Part shown: positions 1 through 10,082 of the stretch, one piece after another
Layout: each line of letters opens with the position of its first letter
Numbering within the stretch: the first letter of the stretch is position 1
Origin: a virus
Taxonomy: Duplodnaviria; Caudoviricetes
Direction: 5' to 3' (one strand)
DNA length: 48,857 nt
Virus record (IMG/VR): IMGVR_UViG_3300011443_000006
Span: 1-48,857 of that record
The notes under the pieces: model-generated
The model's database searches: none
Told to the model about the DNA's origin: nothing
What the model saw: only the letters and a program-made list of their open reading frames with translations
Position numbers and translations under genes: made by a program

Positions 1-123
1 GCTCTGGCACCCCGAATCGGATGTTGCCCAAGACATGCGTGAAGCAGTCGTCCAGCGCCCGCCGCGTCGTCGCGTCAGGCACTTGTCGCAACAGCGACTT
101 GATGTAGCCCAAATCAGCCACTA
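1..123. repeat. Terminal direct repeat, copy 1 (circular-assembly overlap)
   Basis: 1-123 is identical to 48735-48857, and the CDS 48493..48855 runs through it. Confidence 0.95.
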
Positions 124-945
124 GCTGCTGACCTTCCGCGCCCAGAACCCGTTGGACCGCGAACTGACCGACTGCGTGGATCCAGACGTCTGGAACGCTT
201 GCAGCGTGATGTAATCGGTCGTACTGGCGACCCGAATGTCACCGGCAATCACGTAGCCGTGCTCCGTGGACGCGCCCGTCGCCGGACCCGTGACGCGCAT
301 CAACTCCGTGGTCGAGTTCATGAGGATCCGGCCGCCGGCAATCGTCGCCGTGCCGTTGATCGAAATCATGAAATGCGCGCCGACCGAATACACTCCGGTT
401 GAATCCACGAACGTGATCCGCGAGCTGTCCGAGGCCGTCGAGTGCATCGCGTGGCTGTTGTAGGTCTCGGAATCCCACGACAACCCCGTCCACGTGCCAG
501 ACGCCAGGTTATGCGTCGTGGAATGCGAGACCTTCACCCGTGGCAACGATCCGACGTTCGCTGCGGAAATCGTGCCACTCACCACCAGGTCGCCGGTGAT
601 GGTCGAGTTGCCGGTCTGCTGGAGATTGCCGGTCAGCGCGATGTTCCCGGTAATCGTGGAGTCGCCGGCCACCGTGATGCCGCTGCTGAAGTTCGCGCGG
701 CCGGCAAACGTGGATGTCCCGTTAACCTGCAATGTCGCCAGCGACGACGGCCCGCCGATGTTGACAGACCCCGTGGACACCGACAACCCGCCAGTGGAAA
801 TCACCAGCGCATGCTGGAGCCCGACCAGGAGCCCGCTTTCAATCGCCGCCACTTCGGTGTCAAGGTCGTTGACGTGGCTCGCCTGAATCGTGTTGCCCGT
901 GTTCTTCAGGGCCGGAGAAAAGACGCCTGTCGGGTAACTCGCCAT
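121..945 (-). CDS. Short tail fibre/spike-like virion protein with C1q/TNF-like C-terminal domain
   Basis: N-terminal ASHVNDLDTEVAAIE fibre-type motif, G/S/T beta repeats, C-terminal WDSETYN..RITF..GVYSV..DYITL pattern; follows tail tube B-like gene. Confidence 0.6.
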   Translation of the reverse strand: MASYPTGVFSPALKNTGNTIQASHVNDLDTEVAAIESGLLVGLQHALVISTGGLSVSTGSVNIGGPSSLATLQVNGTSTFAGRANFSSGITVAGDSTITGNIALTGNLQQTGNSTITGDLVVSGTISAANVGSLPRVKVSHSTTHNLASGTWTGLSWDSETYNSHAMHSTASDSSRITFVDSTGVYSVGAHFMISINGTATIAGGRILMNSTTELMRVTGPATGASTEHGYVIAGDIRVASTTDYITLQAFQTSGSTQSVSSRSNGFWARKVSS

Positions 946-2822
946 TACATCTTCCTCGGTTCCGGTTCAGGCGTAATGTCGAAGGCATACCCGAACCAGC
1001 GGAATGCCTCTTGCCCGGTGTAGACCGTCCGCAGGCTCACCGTGTGTCCCTCCGCCGCCATCGGCAGAGGCGTGTAGAGCTTCTGCCGTCCGCTCCCGCC
1101 ATACGTCGCCGTGCCATACACGCCAGTCCCGTAGACGTCCACCCCGGCGCCGATGTTGAACCCCACCACGCCTTGCGACACTTGGTCGGTGAAGACTTCG
1201 GCTGAGAAGTTCCCGCCGTGCGGCTCATACTCGATGTGCAGGCCCGTGACACGCGCCCGATGCAGACCGAAACTCAGCGTCGGACCTTCGTACTCCGCGA
1301 CCATGTTGGAGCTGTTCGCCGTGGTTCCCGTGGACTCTTCAAAGACAATCCCTTGACTGGACGGCATGGAGAACAGTCGCCCACGATTGCCTGCCGTCGG
1401 CTCATTGCCGTTCCAATGGATATAGAACGCGATGTCTCGATCCGTCGTGGTCCACGCTGGCGTGCCCTCGTTCTCGCGCGTGCGATCCAAGTTCAGGACG
1501 ACCTCCCCGGGCATCCCCGTGGGATACAGCCGTGGGACGCTGACGGGCATCTCTTTTCGGACGTGGTTGTAGACCGCCGCGATCCGCGACAAGTTCTGCG
1601 CGGAGGTGTTCCGCGTCAGGTCGGCATAGGCCGGCGTCAGATCGTGCTCCAGACTCCGATCCGTGCCGCCGTCGAAGGAGTCGATCCCGTCCGTGCCGAT
1701 GTGGATGTCCGCCTGCTCCACCTTCGCGCCAGCCCGTGGCCCAAATTGTCCGTTGTCCGCGCCCTGTGACGGTCGGACCTCGAAGTCCAGCGACGTCTGC
1801 CCAATCACCAGGAAGATGCCCGTCTGGCCCTTGACCAGCAAGGTGTCCCCGAGCGGCTGGACTCCCGCAATGGAGTCGCCCTTCTCAAAGGGAATGTCAA
1901 TGTAGAAGTCCTCCGGCCAGGCTTGCGCCAGGAAGAGTTCCGTGAACCGGAGACGGTTCAAGACGACGGCGTCTGGTGCCCAGCAGCGGTTTTTCCAGAA
2001 GACTCCAAATCGTACCGCGACCGGCACCCCGTGGGTAGTGGGAATCTCATCGGCGCTCGTCCACGCCGACGACGTGATCGTCATGCTGGACCCGATGGCC
2101 GCACTGGACACGTACCGCAGGACGCTTTCCGCGTCTGGCGTCACATGGCGGGCGTAGACCCGATAGGCGTCCACCTTGGCGTCCGTGGACGCTGGAGGCG
2201 TCACCCCGATCGCCCCCGTGGAGGCCGTGATCGTGATCGTGGACCCGGACGAGCCGTTGGATTCGTACTGCGTCCCCCGATGCTTGTAGGTGAACGCCAC
2301 TTCGTACTCGCCGCTCGACAGTCCGCCCGACGAATGGCTGGAGAGCGTCGGTCCAACCAGCGAGCGGTCAATCCCCACCAGCGACCACGCCGCGCCAGAC
2401 GTGGAGAAGACGGGCCGGTTGGCCCCGTCCATCGCAATCACCACTTCACGGTCATAGGCGAAGAAGATGTCATTCGCCGTGCTCAGCGTGGAGTAGACCG
2501 GGGATCCGAAGACCCAGGCATCCGTGGGGTTATAGAGCGCCCCGTTCCACGCCAGCACCGTGAAGACCCGCGACGACAGATAGACCCGATGCCCGCCCTG
2601 TGCCCGCCCTGTCCCGAGCGTGCCCGTGCTCGCCCGGATATACCCAGGCCGCACCACGAGCGCACCAGGTTCCTCCAGCGAGTAGTTCTTGAGCGTCCTG
2701 GCGCGGTTTGGCGCCATCAGTGTGGGCGACCGACGCAAGTCCAGCCCGCCGGTCATATCCTGCACCGGCAAGAGCTGACGCGCCTTCGTGGCGCGCGGCG
2801 AGCGTGTCTTCAGTTGAGGCAT
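945..2822 (-). CDS. Tail tubular protein B / head-tail stabilisation protein (P22 gp10/T7 gp12-like)
   Basis: 625 aa; N-terminal DMTGGLDL..N..G.L..RPG pattern, beta-rich, WT motif near C-terminus; typical podovirus position. Confidence 0.7.
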   Translation of the reverse strand: MPQLKTRSPRATKARQLLPVQDMTGGLDLRRSPTLMAPNRARTLKNYSLEEPGALVVRPGYIRASTGTLGTGRAQGGHRVYLSSRVFTVLAWNGALYNPTDAWVFGSPVYSTLSTANDIFFAYDREVVIAMDGANRPVFSTSGAAWSLVGIDRSLVGPTLSSHSSGGLSSGEYEVAFTYKHRGTQYESNGSSGSTITITASTGAIGVTPPASTDAKVDAYRVYARHVTPDAESVLRYVSSAAIGSSMTITSSAWTSADEIPTTHGVPVAVRFGVFWKNRCWAPDAVVLNRLRFTELFLAQAWPEDFYIDIPFEKGDSIAGVQPLGDTLLVKGQTGIFLVIGQTSLDFEVRPSQGADNGQFGPRAGAKVEQADIHIGTDGIDSFDGGTDRSLEHDLTPAYADLTRNTSAQNLSRIAAVYNHVRKEMPVSVPRLYPTGMPGEVVLNLDRTRENEGTPAWTTTDRDIAFYIHWNGNEPTAGNRGRLFSMPSSQGIVFEESTGTTANSSNMVAEYEGPTLSFGLHRARVTGLHIEYEPHGGNFSAEVFTDQVSQGVVGFNIGAGVDVYGTGVYGTATYGGSGRQKLYTPLPMAAEGHTVSLRTVYTGQEAFRWFGYAFDITPEPEPRKM

Positions 2823-3400
2823 CAGAAATAGTCAGGCCGGTTCAGAAACCCGAGCTTGTCCATGTTGAACCGCTCGCCCTGCCCAATCCCAGACCGATCC
2901 GGCTGCGCCTCGGGCGTGCGATAGCCCGTGCCACCACCCATTGGAATCTCGCCGCCCGATCGGTCAGCCGTGACGCCACCGGACGCCAGCGCCGGCCCGT
3001 AGTCAGGGCCGTAGCCAGGCATCCGTCCTCCGCTGTCGCCAATCGTGAACTTCGGCTGCGGCGCCTGGAACCCTGGCCGCTGTGACGGGGTCGAATCCAT
3101 AGACGGCTGCGCGGGCGAGCCCCCACCGAACGCCCCAGGCGTGCCCTGTCGCGGCGCAGAGAAGGCACTGAGCAGCAACGACAAGAGTTGTGGGGAGAGC
3201 CCACCCATCCCGGCCGCAGCCCCGCCAGGGGCATTCAGCAGGGACGCCGGGGCCACCTGCCCACGGACATCGTTCTTCGGCATACGGAACGACAAGACCT
3301 TGACGGACGAATCAGGCGCCGCAACAGACCGACCGGCCTGTCCTTGCTCGCCGCCCATCACCTGATCCGCGCCCGGCTGAAACGAATAGCCCATCGGCAT
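2822..3400 (-). CDS. Gly/Pro-rich hypothetical virion protein
   Basis: 192 aa ORF coupled to neighbours, low complexity. Confidence 0.6.
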   Translation of the reverse strand: MPMGYSFQPGADQVMGGEQGQAGRSVAAPDSSVKVLSFRMPKNDVRGQVAPASLLNAPGGAAAGMGGLSPQLLSLLLSAFSAPRQGTPGAFGGGSPAQPSMDSTPSQRPGFQAPQPKFTIGDSGGRMPGYGPDYGPALASGGVTADRSGGEIPMGGGTGYRTPEAQPDRSGIGQGERFNMDKLGFLNRPDYF

Positions 3401-3402
3401 CG

Positions 3403-3555
3403 CTAGTTCTCCCTCATCGTGAATCGCGGTCTCGGAGAGACCACCCGCCGAATGCGTCGTTCCTTGTGTGTCTCACACGTCGGCGGATCGTCCGCCTTCG
3501 GATCCCACTGGACGTGACAACCACAGGCCAGCCAGACCTTGACGTCAGTGTCCAT
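3403..3555 (-). CDS. Small zinc-ribbon (FmdB-like) protein
   Basis: MDTDVKVWLACGCH..CETH..RRVVSPRP; ATG at 3555 overlaps the upstream gene end. Confidence 0.5.
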   Translation of the reverse strand: MDTDVKVWLACGCHVQWDPKADDPPTCETHKERRIRRVVSPRPRFTMREN

Positions 3556-4189
3556 GCGGCTTCTGCCAGTGAAACCCGCGGTAATAGAACGTCTCGCCAC
3601 CCTTGAGCGGTTCAGGGTTGACAACCAGTTCCTTCGTCTTCTTCAAATGCGCGCAGCCGGTCCACGCCTGCCGCCACGGTAGCCCCGCAACCAGCCGTGA
3701 TTCCACGGCGTCTTCGTCATACACACGGTGGGACGTCCCAACGACTTCGTACGCCCGCTTGCCGGCGTTCCACGGGACATCGAACGATAGCCAGCCCCCA
3801 GGCTTCAGCCACTTGTAGGCCAAGGCCAAGACCTTGGTATCCCCATCGGGATCCTTCGGGTCGCCGTAATGCCCCAGTCCTACATGCTCAATCGTGGACA
3901 CCGCGACCACCCAGTCCAGCGTGTCTACTGGATGCTCATACGTCAGCACGTCCGAGTTGTGAAACCACACACCGTGCGGCACGTTCTTACGGCGTCTGAC
4001 GTCGATCCCGCTCAGTGTCATGTCCGGCCAGGACTTGTGCGCGTTCGTCAGCCAGTCAAACTCCGCTGAGCCAATCTCGAAGACATGCGCCTTCGCCGGC
4101 ACGTCAATCGCGTACGTCCGCAGCATCAGCGTGAAGAAGTCCGCGCACTTATCCCCGCCGGTATACGCCCAGGCGTCTACGGGGTTCAC
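3545..4189 (-). CDS. Class I SAM-dependent methyltransferase (DUF268-like)
   Basis: VFEIGS, GIDVR, AVSTIEHVGLGHYGDPKDPDGD and LKPGGWL motifs. Confidence 0.8.
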   Translation of the reverse strand: MNPVDAWAYTGGDKCADFFTLMLRTYAIDVPAKAHVFEIGSAEFDWLTNAHKSWPDMTLSGIDVRRRKNVPHGVWFHNSDVLTYEHPVDTLDWVVAVSTIEHVGLGHYGDPKDPDGDTKVLALAYKWLKPGGWLSFDVPWNAGKRAYEVVGTSHRVYDEDAVESRLVAGLPWRQAWTGCAHLKKTKELVVNPEPLKGGETFYYRGFHWQKPHGH

Positions 4190-4935
4190 GACGGGCGCCG
4201 CCTCGCCGATTGGAGGTAGTTCTTCGCCTGCGTGACGTGTGACCCGCCCCTGGGCCGGAGGTTGTTCCAGAACCGCTTGACGTAGTCCGAGAACATCACC
4301 AGTTGCCCCTGCGCGCCGTCGCGGTCACCCGTCAACGGGAGAAGCTGTGACGCCGCGTAATGCACCAGCGCCTTGTGGTACTCCACGAGGTCTACGCGCG
4401 TACCGGACGTGTCCGTCCACGGCACATCGGTAGACGACGCCATCGCCGTGGCTTCCGCGATGTAAGGCGCACGGAGCACGCACGACTCACTCGACCCCAC
4501 ATCTGGCGCACGGTCGAGCCCGAGATACAGCCGGCCACCGTCCTTGCGGAGATACCACGCGGACGGCATCCCGACCGTCGTCGAAGCGTTCCACCCGGTC
4601 TGATACGTGTTGAGCCAGACTTCGTCGCGGCGCGGAAAATCATCCTTGCCAGCGAGGACCATCGTAGTTGCCGTGGACCCGCTGGAGGTCAGCCGAAACT
4701 CTGGCCCAGAGGCATCCAGCCGACGGAAGTCACTGATACTCGACAGGTTGTATTCCGCCGTGTTGCAGGAGACCGTAATCGTTGCGCGGCGTACCCAGCA
4801 GTCCGTGAGCATCGAAAACTCTCGATAGCCGGCATTGATGGCGCTCTCGCGAAACGTCGTGCCATACACACCGTTGGAGCTATTGGTGTTGATTTCGATG
4901 TCGAGCTGTGTGGTACACAGTTCCTCGAAGGTCAT
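4186..4935 (-). CDS. Tail tubular protein A / head-tail adaptor
   Basis: Start MTFEEL; AINAGYREF, EYNL, GMPSAWY, P..., YHKALVHYAA pattern of podovirus adaptors. Confidence 0.7.
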   Translation of the reverse strand: MTFEELCTTQLDIEINTNSSNGVYGTTFRESAINAGYREFSMLTDCWVRRATITVSCNTAEYNLSSISDFRRLDASGPEFRLTSSGSTATTMVLAGKDDFPRRDEVWLNTYQTGWNASTTVGMPSAWYLRKDGGRLYLGLDRAPDVGSSESCVLRAPYIAEATAMASSTDVPWTDTSGTRVDLVEYHKALVHYAASQLLPLTGDRDGAQGQLVMFSDYVKRFWNNLRPRGGSHVTQAKNYLQSARRRPS

Positions 4936-5096
4936 GGATAGACCACCCCAAATACCGCAAACAGCCCCGCCGCTATCGCCAGCACAACACACGCCTTCGC
5001 TTCTTGCCCGTAGTAGGGGTCACCCCAGTTGCGATACGCGTTCAGCGCAGCCGCAAGGGACAGGAAGCCGAAGATGTAGGCGTCCAGCAACTTCAT
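4932..5096 (-). CDS. Small two-TM membrane protein (possible lysis accessory)
   Basis: 54 aa MKLLDAYIFGFLSLAAAL..CVVLAIAAGLFAVFGVVYP; ATGA overlaps on both sides. Confidence 0.55.
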   Translation of the reverse strand: MKLLDAYIFGFLSLAAALNAYRNWGDPYYGQEAKACVVLAIAAGLFAVFGVVYP

Positions 5097-5341
5097 GGCT
5101 GTGCCCGGAAAATCTGAAACATCGTGGACCGCAGATCCCGGATGTCCGACCGCAGATCCGACACCGATCGCAAGACCTCGCTCTGGTTCGCTTCCTGCTT
5201 CGCCTCCAGCGCCGCGAGCTTGGCCTGAATCGCGCTGGTCGTCGTGTAGTAGGCAACAATCGCCGCCGCCACGATGCCCGCCACGGTTCTCACGACTTCT
5301 CCAGTCCAACTCCGCTTCGGCGGCTGAGAGAACGGGGTCAT
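5093..5341 (-). CDS. Holin-like membrane protein (one TM plus coiled coil)
   Basis: Hydrophobic VAGIVAAAIVAYY followed by an amphipathic coiled coil. Confidence 0.5.
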   Translation of the reverse strand: MTPFSQPPKRSWTGEVVRTVAGIVAAAIVAYYTTTSAIQAKLAALEAKQEANQSEVLRSVSDLRSDIRDLRSTMFQIFRAQP

Positions 5342-5586
5342 TTGTCAGGATCAGCTTTCGCTTCTGGCTTGGGCTCTGCCTTGGGCTGCAACGACTGGAG
5401 TTGCCGCACCACGTCCATAGCCTCCTGAAACGCCTTACCGGCCGGGGTAGACATCATCTCCACACGTCGCGCCTCAGCCGCCTTCACCGCCGCTTCAAGC
5501 GCCGTCCGCAGCGTGGGGGATGGCTGAGCCTGCGCCGTCAGGGCCGCAGCCATCAGCAGCCAGATAATCGCGATGCGCTTCAACAC
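5338..5586 (-). CDS. Secreted small helical protein
   Basis: Sec-type signal MLKRIAIIWLLMAAALTAQA; GGAG RBS upstream. Confidence 0.7.
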   Translation of the reverse strand: MLKRIAIIWLLMAAALTAQAQPSPTLRTALEAAVKAAEARRVEMMSTPAGKAFQEAMDVVRQLQSLQPKAEPKPEAKADPDK

Positions 5587-5595
5587 ATAGACTCC

Positions 5596-8500
5596 TTAGT
5601 CGCCAACTGGAAGGCGCGGCAAGTAGTAGGCGTTCATATTGGCGTCTGAGAAGGCGTCGTTACCCATTGCCGACTTCAAGATCACAAGGTTCCGCCAATA
5701 CATAACAAGGTCACGCAACCCTTCAGGGTTCCCGCCGACCGTGCCACGGACAAACCCGTCAGAACTGGTGCCGAGCTGGGCGTGAAAGGACGTAATCGCG
5801 TCCGTCTCTCCCGGCCCTAGCGATGCCCAAAAGTCTTCGTGAAGACGCACGGCTGCTTGGTCTTCAGTGGACACCCAAATATCGATCTTGTCCCACCCGC
5901 CCTGTGCAGCGGATCGCTGTTTCACGCGAATAAACCACCGCGCCCATTCGTTGTAGTTGACACAGGTGAACGCGTCCTGAGGAACGATGGGATTCGCGTT
6001 GGTGTACCCTGGCCCCATCGTCACACCGTTTGTGAGGTTCCAGTCCGTGACATTGCCGGCTTGCACCGAGTTGTACGACCGCGACGATGGGCCGTACACG
6101 ATGGTTGCTGTTTGGGCAGGCAGGTTACAGTACGCGGCGGCTTCACCGCCGCTCCCGCCGAACTGCGTTCCGGGCTCAAACCAGATCGCATTCCGCGCCC
6201 GCAGGTTCCAGAACTTATTATTCCCAAGCCCGTTAAAGGCGTAGCTGTCCGTGTGATAACTGTCAATCACGAACAGATAATCCGTGTCGTCCACTGTTCC
6301 AGACAGCGTTTCGGCAACACCCGCCCCGAGCGCATACGTGACATTTCGCGGGTGATTATTGAGGCTGTAAAAGGCCCGCGTCCCTGCGGTATGTGACGCC
6401 GCCGTCGTCCCATACATCCCACGAGAGGTGAACTGGACCGTCAGTGTCGGCCCATTGTCCACGCAGATTGTCGTGCCATTGGACGAGCCAACGAGCATAA
6501 TCTCGTTGTCGATTTTCCACGACCTTCTGGGTACGCCAGACCCAGCGAACGCCGAACAGTTCGACGCCGTCGTGACATCAAATATGACTTGAGAGTCGTT
6601 GATATTACTCGTCAGTGTCGCAGTGGTGAACAGGGCGTTGTCTTCTGAGAATGGCGGGATGCGTGACTTGGCAGCGTCCTGCGCGTGCGGGTCCGTATCA
6701 CCGGCCGGGTCATACGTCATGTAATACGTGTCAATGTTTTGACCGCCCGCGTATCCGGCCACGCCTGCTGCGTTCTTTTTGAGCTGGTCCTTGTTATACG
6801 CACCAGCGCATGTCGCCACCGCAGACGTGGACACGCCTGGATCGGGGCGCCCGCTCAGCGCCCACCCACACGTACCTGTTGGTGGCGACGAAATCATCTC
6901 GTTAAAGAAGTCGTGTAACCCTTCGGAGCCAGCCTCATTGATGGTGATGGTATAGGCTTGCGTGGTCGTGGCAGCTACCGCATCAGTGACCCTCGCCGTG
7001 AACGTGCAAGTCACCGACGACATCACTGGAGCCGTGGGCGTGCCAGACACCAAGGCAGTCGCCCCCACGTCGGCATACGACAGCCCAGCACAATCCGCAT
7101 CGGACGCCAGCGTCACTGATTGTGTCCAGGTGTAGGGAGCCGTCCCACCAACGGCCACGAGCGTCACGCCCATACCGGCCGGACCATACGCCACATCATC
7201 CGCGCCAGACACCAGCGGACTCGTCGTCGAAATCGACAACGCCTGCGCGTAGGTGACCGTGAACGAATCCGCGTGCGTATTGTTATTCGTGTCTGTGCCA
7301 GTGCAGGTAATCACGTTCATCGTGGAATTGAACAGCGGAATGTTGACAGCAGTCCACGATCCGGCGCCCGTCGCGTTAACCGACCCGCCGAGCGAGTTCA
7401 CGCATACTACAGCGACGGGAGACTTCAGCCCGACGTTGTCCGTGAGCGTGCCGCCAACGGTCAGCGTGGCCGTCGGAGACGTATACGAGGCGCCAGATGT
7501 TGGCGACGTAATCGTGGTGACGGGTGGCGTCACGTCGGTAATGTCCGTCTGAACTTCAAGCGAGACGATCGTGTCGTTGCCTTCGTCGTCAACCGCCGTC
7601 ACCGCAATCACGTTCTTGCCAACGCCAGTCACGAGGTCGGTGATCCCCCACGTCAACCACGCCGCCGCCGTGCCGCTGGTCCGTGTCGCCGTGCCGCTGG
7701 TCGGGGAACAGGCATTGACGCCGTTCGTGCAGGTCCACGTTACGTTAACCGTGCCGACGTTGTCGGAGGTCGATCCCGCAAAGTCAAGGTTGATGTCAGA
7801 CGTGGGCCACGTGGTACTACTTGTCGGTGACGTGAACTGAATCACCGGGTCGATGTCATCGGTCATCACGCGCGTCACATCCAGCGTATCCACGCCGGTA
7901 TTGCTCGCGCCGTCTGTGGCGGTGAACGTCAGACGATTCGGGCCGACCTGCAACACGATCCCGGCCTCAGTGTCGCCGTTGTCCGTCATCGTGAAGTCAT
8001 CGAGGTTCGTGCTCTGGCTCATGTCGTTGCCAGCCGACGGCCCAGAGCCAAAGAACATCCCGAACTTGGCACCCTCGCAATTCGCGCCCACCGACGTCGG
8101 CGCAATGATCTGGGTGCCGTTGCGCGTGACCGATACGTTCGTGCCGCTCTTGACCAGCGTGAAGGCGTCGAGACTGGCCGGGCCAACGTCCACCGATGCG
8201 ATCGCCGTTCGCACACCAGCCGCCCAGCGGAATAGGCGCACGTCATCGCCGGTCGCTTCTGCGCCGTAGAACACACCAAGGCCGCACCAGGTATTGGAAT
8301 CCGTCCCGCCAAAGAATGGCCCCTTGGCATCTCCATCACCGCCGATCCCGCTCGCGCCGACACGGAATCCGATGGTGTAGTCGGTCCCAGCGAGCGCCTG
8401 TGATGGCGTCGCCTCGCACATCACGCGCGAGTTGCCAGCCGCTACGCCAGGGCGCACGTTCCCAACCGCCATGTTTTGGCAGTAGCTACTGAAATCCGCG

Positions 8501-8934
8501 TAGAGCGTGCTCCACGCCATCCCAATCGGTGGCGTGAGGGTTGCAAGATCGACGTTCGCGACGCTGGAGAAGTCGTCCGACAGGACAATCGTGTCTTCAA
8601 CGCCAGCGGCCACGCAGTACTGCCCTTGGCCGTTCGGGAGCGCCACACCACTGCCGCCGGCATCGTTGGTCCACGTCACGCTGGCGATGCCGTCGCCATC
8701 GAGGTCTTCCGCGACGACACACACCTGGATCGATGCGTCGGTGGTCTCCAGCTCGGATCCGCCGGTTGGAGACACGATGGTCACGGTGGGGTTTTCGTCG
8801 GTTCCGGGGCCGCGCCCACCACGCCCGACCCGTGGGCTAATCTTCCCGCCGTCTTGTGCAAGTGTGGTGTAGTCCATCGTGCTTGGCAGCATCGCCAAGC
8901 ACAACCCGAACACGACCGCGAGCAGTCGCCTCAC
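5596..8934 (-). CDS. Large Ig-like-repeat adhesin/receptor-binding-like protein with signal peptide
   Basis: 1112 aa; repeated D..P...I.SPT / DNVG / N.IT.TA.D Ig-like units, GGTAPYTW putative Ig motif, many Cys, hydrophobic N-terminus. Confidence 0.7.
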   Translation of the reverse strand: MRRLLAVVFGLCLAMLPSTMDYTTLAQDGGKISPRVGRGGRGPGTDENPTVTIVSPTGGSELETTDASIQVCVVAEDLDGDGIASVTWTNDAGGSGVALPNGQGQYCVAAGVEDTIVLSDDFSSVANVDLATLTPPIGMAWSTLYADFSSYCQNMAVGNVRPGVAAGNSRVMCEATPSQALAGTDYTIGFRVGASGIGGDGDAKGPFFGGTDSNTWCGLGVFYGAEATGDDVRLFRWAAGVRTAIASVDVGPASLDAFTLVKSGTNVSVTRNGTQIIAPTSVGANCEGAKFGMFFGSGPSAGNDMSQSTNLDDFTMTDNGDTEAGIVLQVGPNRLTFTATDGASNTGVDTLDVTRVMTDDIDPVIQFTSPTSSTTWPTSDINLDFAGSTSDNVGTVNVTWTCTNGVNACSPTSGTATRTSGTAAAWLTWGITDLVTGVGKNVIAVTAVDDEGNDTIVSLEVQTDITDVTPPVTTITSPTSGASYTSPTATLTVGGTLTDNVGLKSPVAVVCVNSLGGSVNATGAGSWTAVNIPLFNSTMNVITCTGTDTNNNTHADSFTVTYAQALSISTTSPLVSGADDVAYGPAGMGVTLVAVGGTAPYTWTQSVTLASDADCAGLSYADVGATALVSGTPTAPVMSSVTCTFTARVTDAVAATTTQAYTITINEAGSEGLHDFFNEMISSPPTGTCGWALSGRPDPGVSTSAVATCAGAYNKDQLKKNAAGVAGYAGGQNIDTYYMTYDPAGDTDPHAQDAAKSRIPPFSEDNALFTTATLTSNINDSQVIFDVTTASNCSAFAGSGVPRRSWKIDNEIMLVGSSNGTTICVDNGPTLTVQFTSRGMYGTTAASHTAGTRAFYSLNNHPRNVTYALGAGVAETLSGTVDDTDYLFVIDSYHTDSYAFNGLGNNKFWNLRARNAIWFEPGTQFGGSGGEAAAYCNLPAQTATIVYGPSSRSYNSVQAGNVTDWNLTNGVTMGPGYTNANPIVPQDAFTCVNYNEWARWFIRVKQRSAAQGGWDKIDIWVSTEDQAAVRLHEDFWASLGPGETDAITSFHAQLGTSSDGFVRGTVGGNPEGLRDLVMYWRNLVILKSAMGNDAFSDANMNAYYLPRLPVGD

Positions 8935-10082
8935 TGAATCACCCCAGGCGTGTAGGTGCTCGATCCGCCGGCCCCGTCATCGAAGGTGTCGAAGGTCAGA
9001 TGTATCTGTGGCTTCCAGTAGCCGTCGCCGCCGTTGTCGAAGTCCGTCCACGACCCCGCATCTGTGCGCTGCGTCGCGACGAATAGCTGCCCTCCCTCGA
9101 CGCTGTCCATCATCGCGAGTGACGTAAAAATGCCGTAATAGATTTCAGAGTTGAGCGTTGAGCTATTGGCTTTCCAGACGACGCGATACACGTCTCCCGC
9201 ATTGATCGCCACAGAGTCGTCCAAGTACAACACGTAATACCGCACGCCGGTCACCGCGTAGGCAATGTCCCCGTCAATGGTCTGGGTGCTCATCACGTTG
9301 TTGGAGCCGTCATAGACCACCAAATCGGCGCTGTTGCTGGCAAAGTTGAACCGCCCGTGAATGTCCACCTTGACGAGCGTGGCATCGAACGGCACCTCAA
9401 ACTTCAACCCGAACTCGTCTGGCGTCGTGTCGCTCTGGAACGTGCGGCCGGCGTAGCTGGTGACTTGCCACAACTCCTGAGAAATCGCGACATAGGATCC
9501 GTCGCTGTACCGCAGGACGAACAGCGGCAGCGTGGTTTGCTGTTTCGTGGACGTCGCGCTGATGCCGTATGGGATCTGGGATGACGTGGTCTGTACCTGC
9601 CCACCCAGCGTGAAGCTATCACTCGTGGTGAAGTTCGGTGTATCCACGACCGCCGCAATCACCTCGCCCTTCACGACCGTTCGGTTGGCGCTGAAGTCTC
9701 CGGGGGCCAAGTGTCCGACGGTCACAGACGCGCCAGCGACAGTCACCGATTCATCGACGCCGTCAGGGAGTCCGGTTGACGCATCGACGTTTTGAAACGA
9801 GAACCGCACCGCATTGTCTGGTGCGTTCCCAACAGTCGTGACGTATACCTCGAAGGCTTCAATGTCCCCAGACTTCGGGACGGTGAACACCATCGCGGCC
9901 TGTTTGCCGGCCAAATCAAGCACGTACGTATTGTTATTGACGGACGTAATCGACTCGTCTACGCGCGCTGGAATCATCATCCCGCCAGCCGACAACTGCG
10001 CCGCCGTCGCGCGGAGATACACGTCATAGCCACCAATGGCGATGGCCAGCGCGAGCGCAACCGAGAGTATCTTCCTGCCCAT
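8931..10082 (-). CDS. Beta-rich virion/fibre-like protein with signal peptide or anchor
   Basis: 383 aa; MGRKILSVALALAIAIGG N-terminus; two similar beta-sandwich-like halves. Confidence 0.6.
   Translation of the reverse strand: MGRKILSVALALAIAIGGYDVYLRATAAQLSAGGMMIPARVDESITSVNNNTYVLDLAGKQAAMVFTVPKSGDIEAFEVYVTTVGNAPDNAVRFSFQNVDASTGLPDGVDESVTVAGASVTVGHLAPGDFSANRTVVKGEVIAAVVDTPNFTTSDSFTLGGQVQTTSSQIPYGISATSTKQQTTLPLFVLRYSDGSYVAISQELWQVTSYAGRTFQSDTTPDEFGLKFEVPFDATLVKVDIHGRFNFASNSADLVVYDGSNNVMSTQTIDGDIAYAVTGVRYYVLYLDDSVAINAGDVYRVVWKANSSTLNSEIYYGIFTSLAMMDSVEGGQLFVATQRTDAGSWTDFDNGGDGYWKPQIHLTFDTFDDGAGGSSTYTPGVIQ

Noticed and set aside
1-123. 123-bp terminal repeat as a biological direct terminal repeat
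   Set aside because: It falls inside tightly coupled structural genes and is best explained as assembler overlap of a circular or permuted genome.
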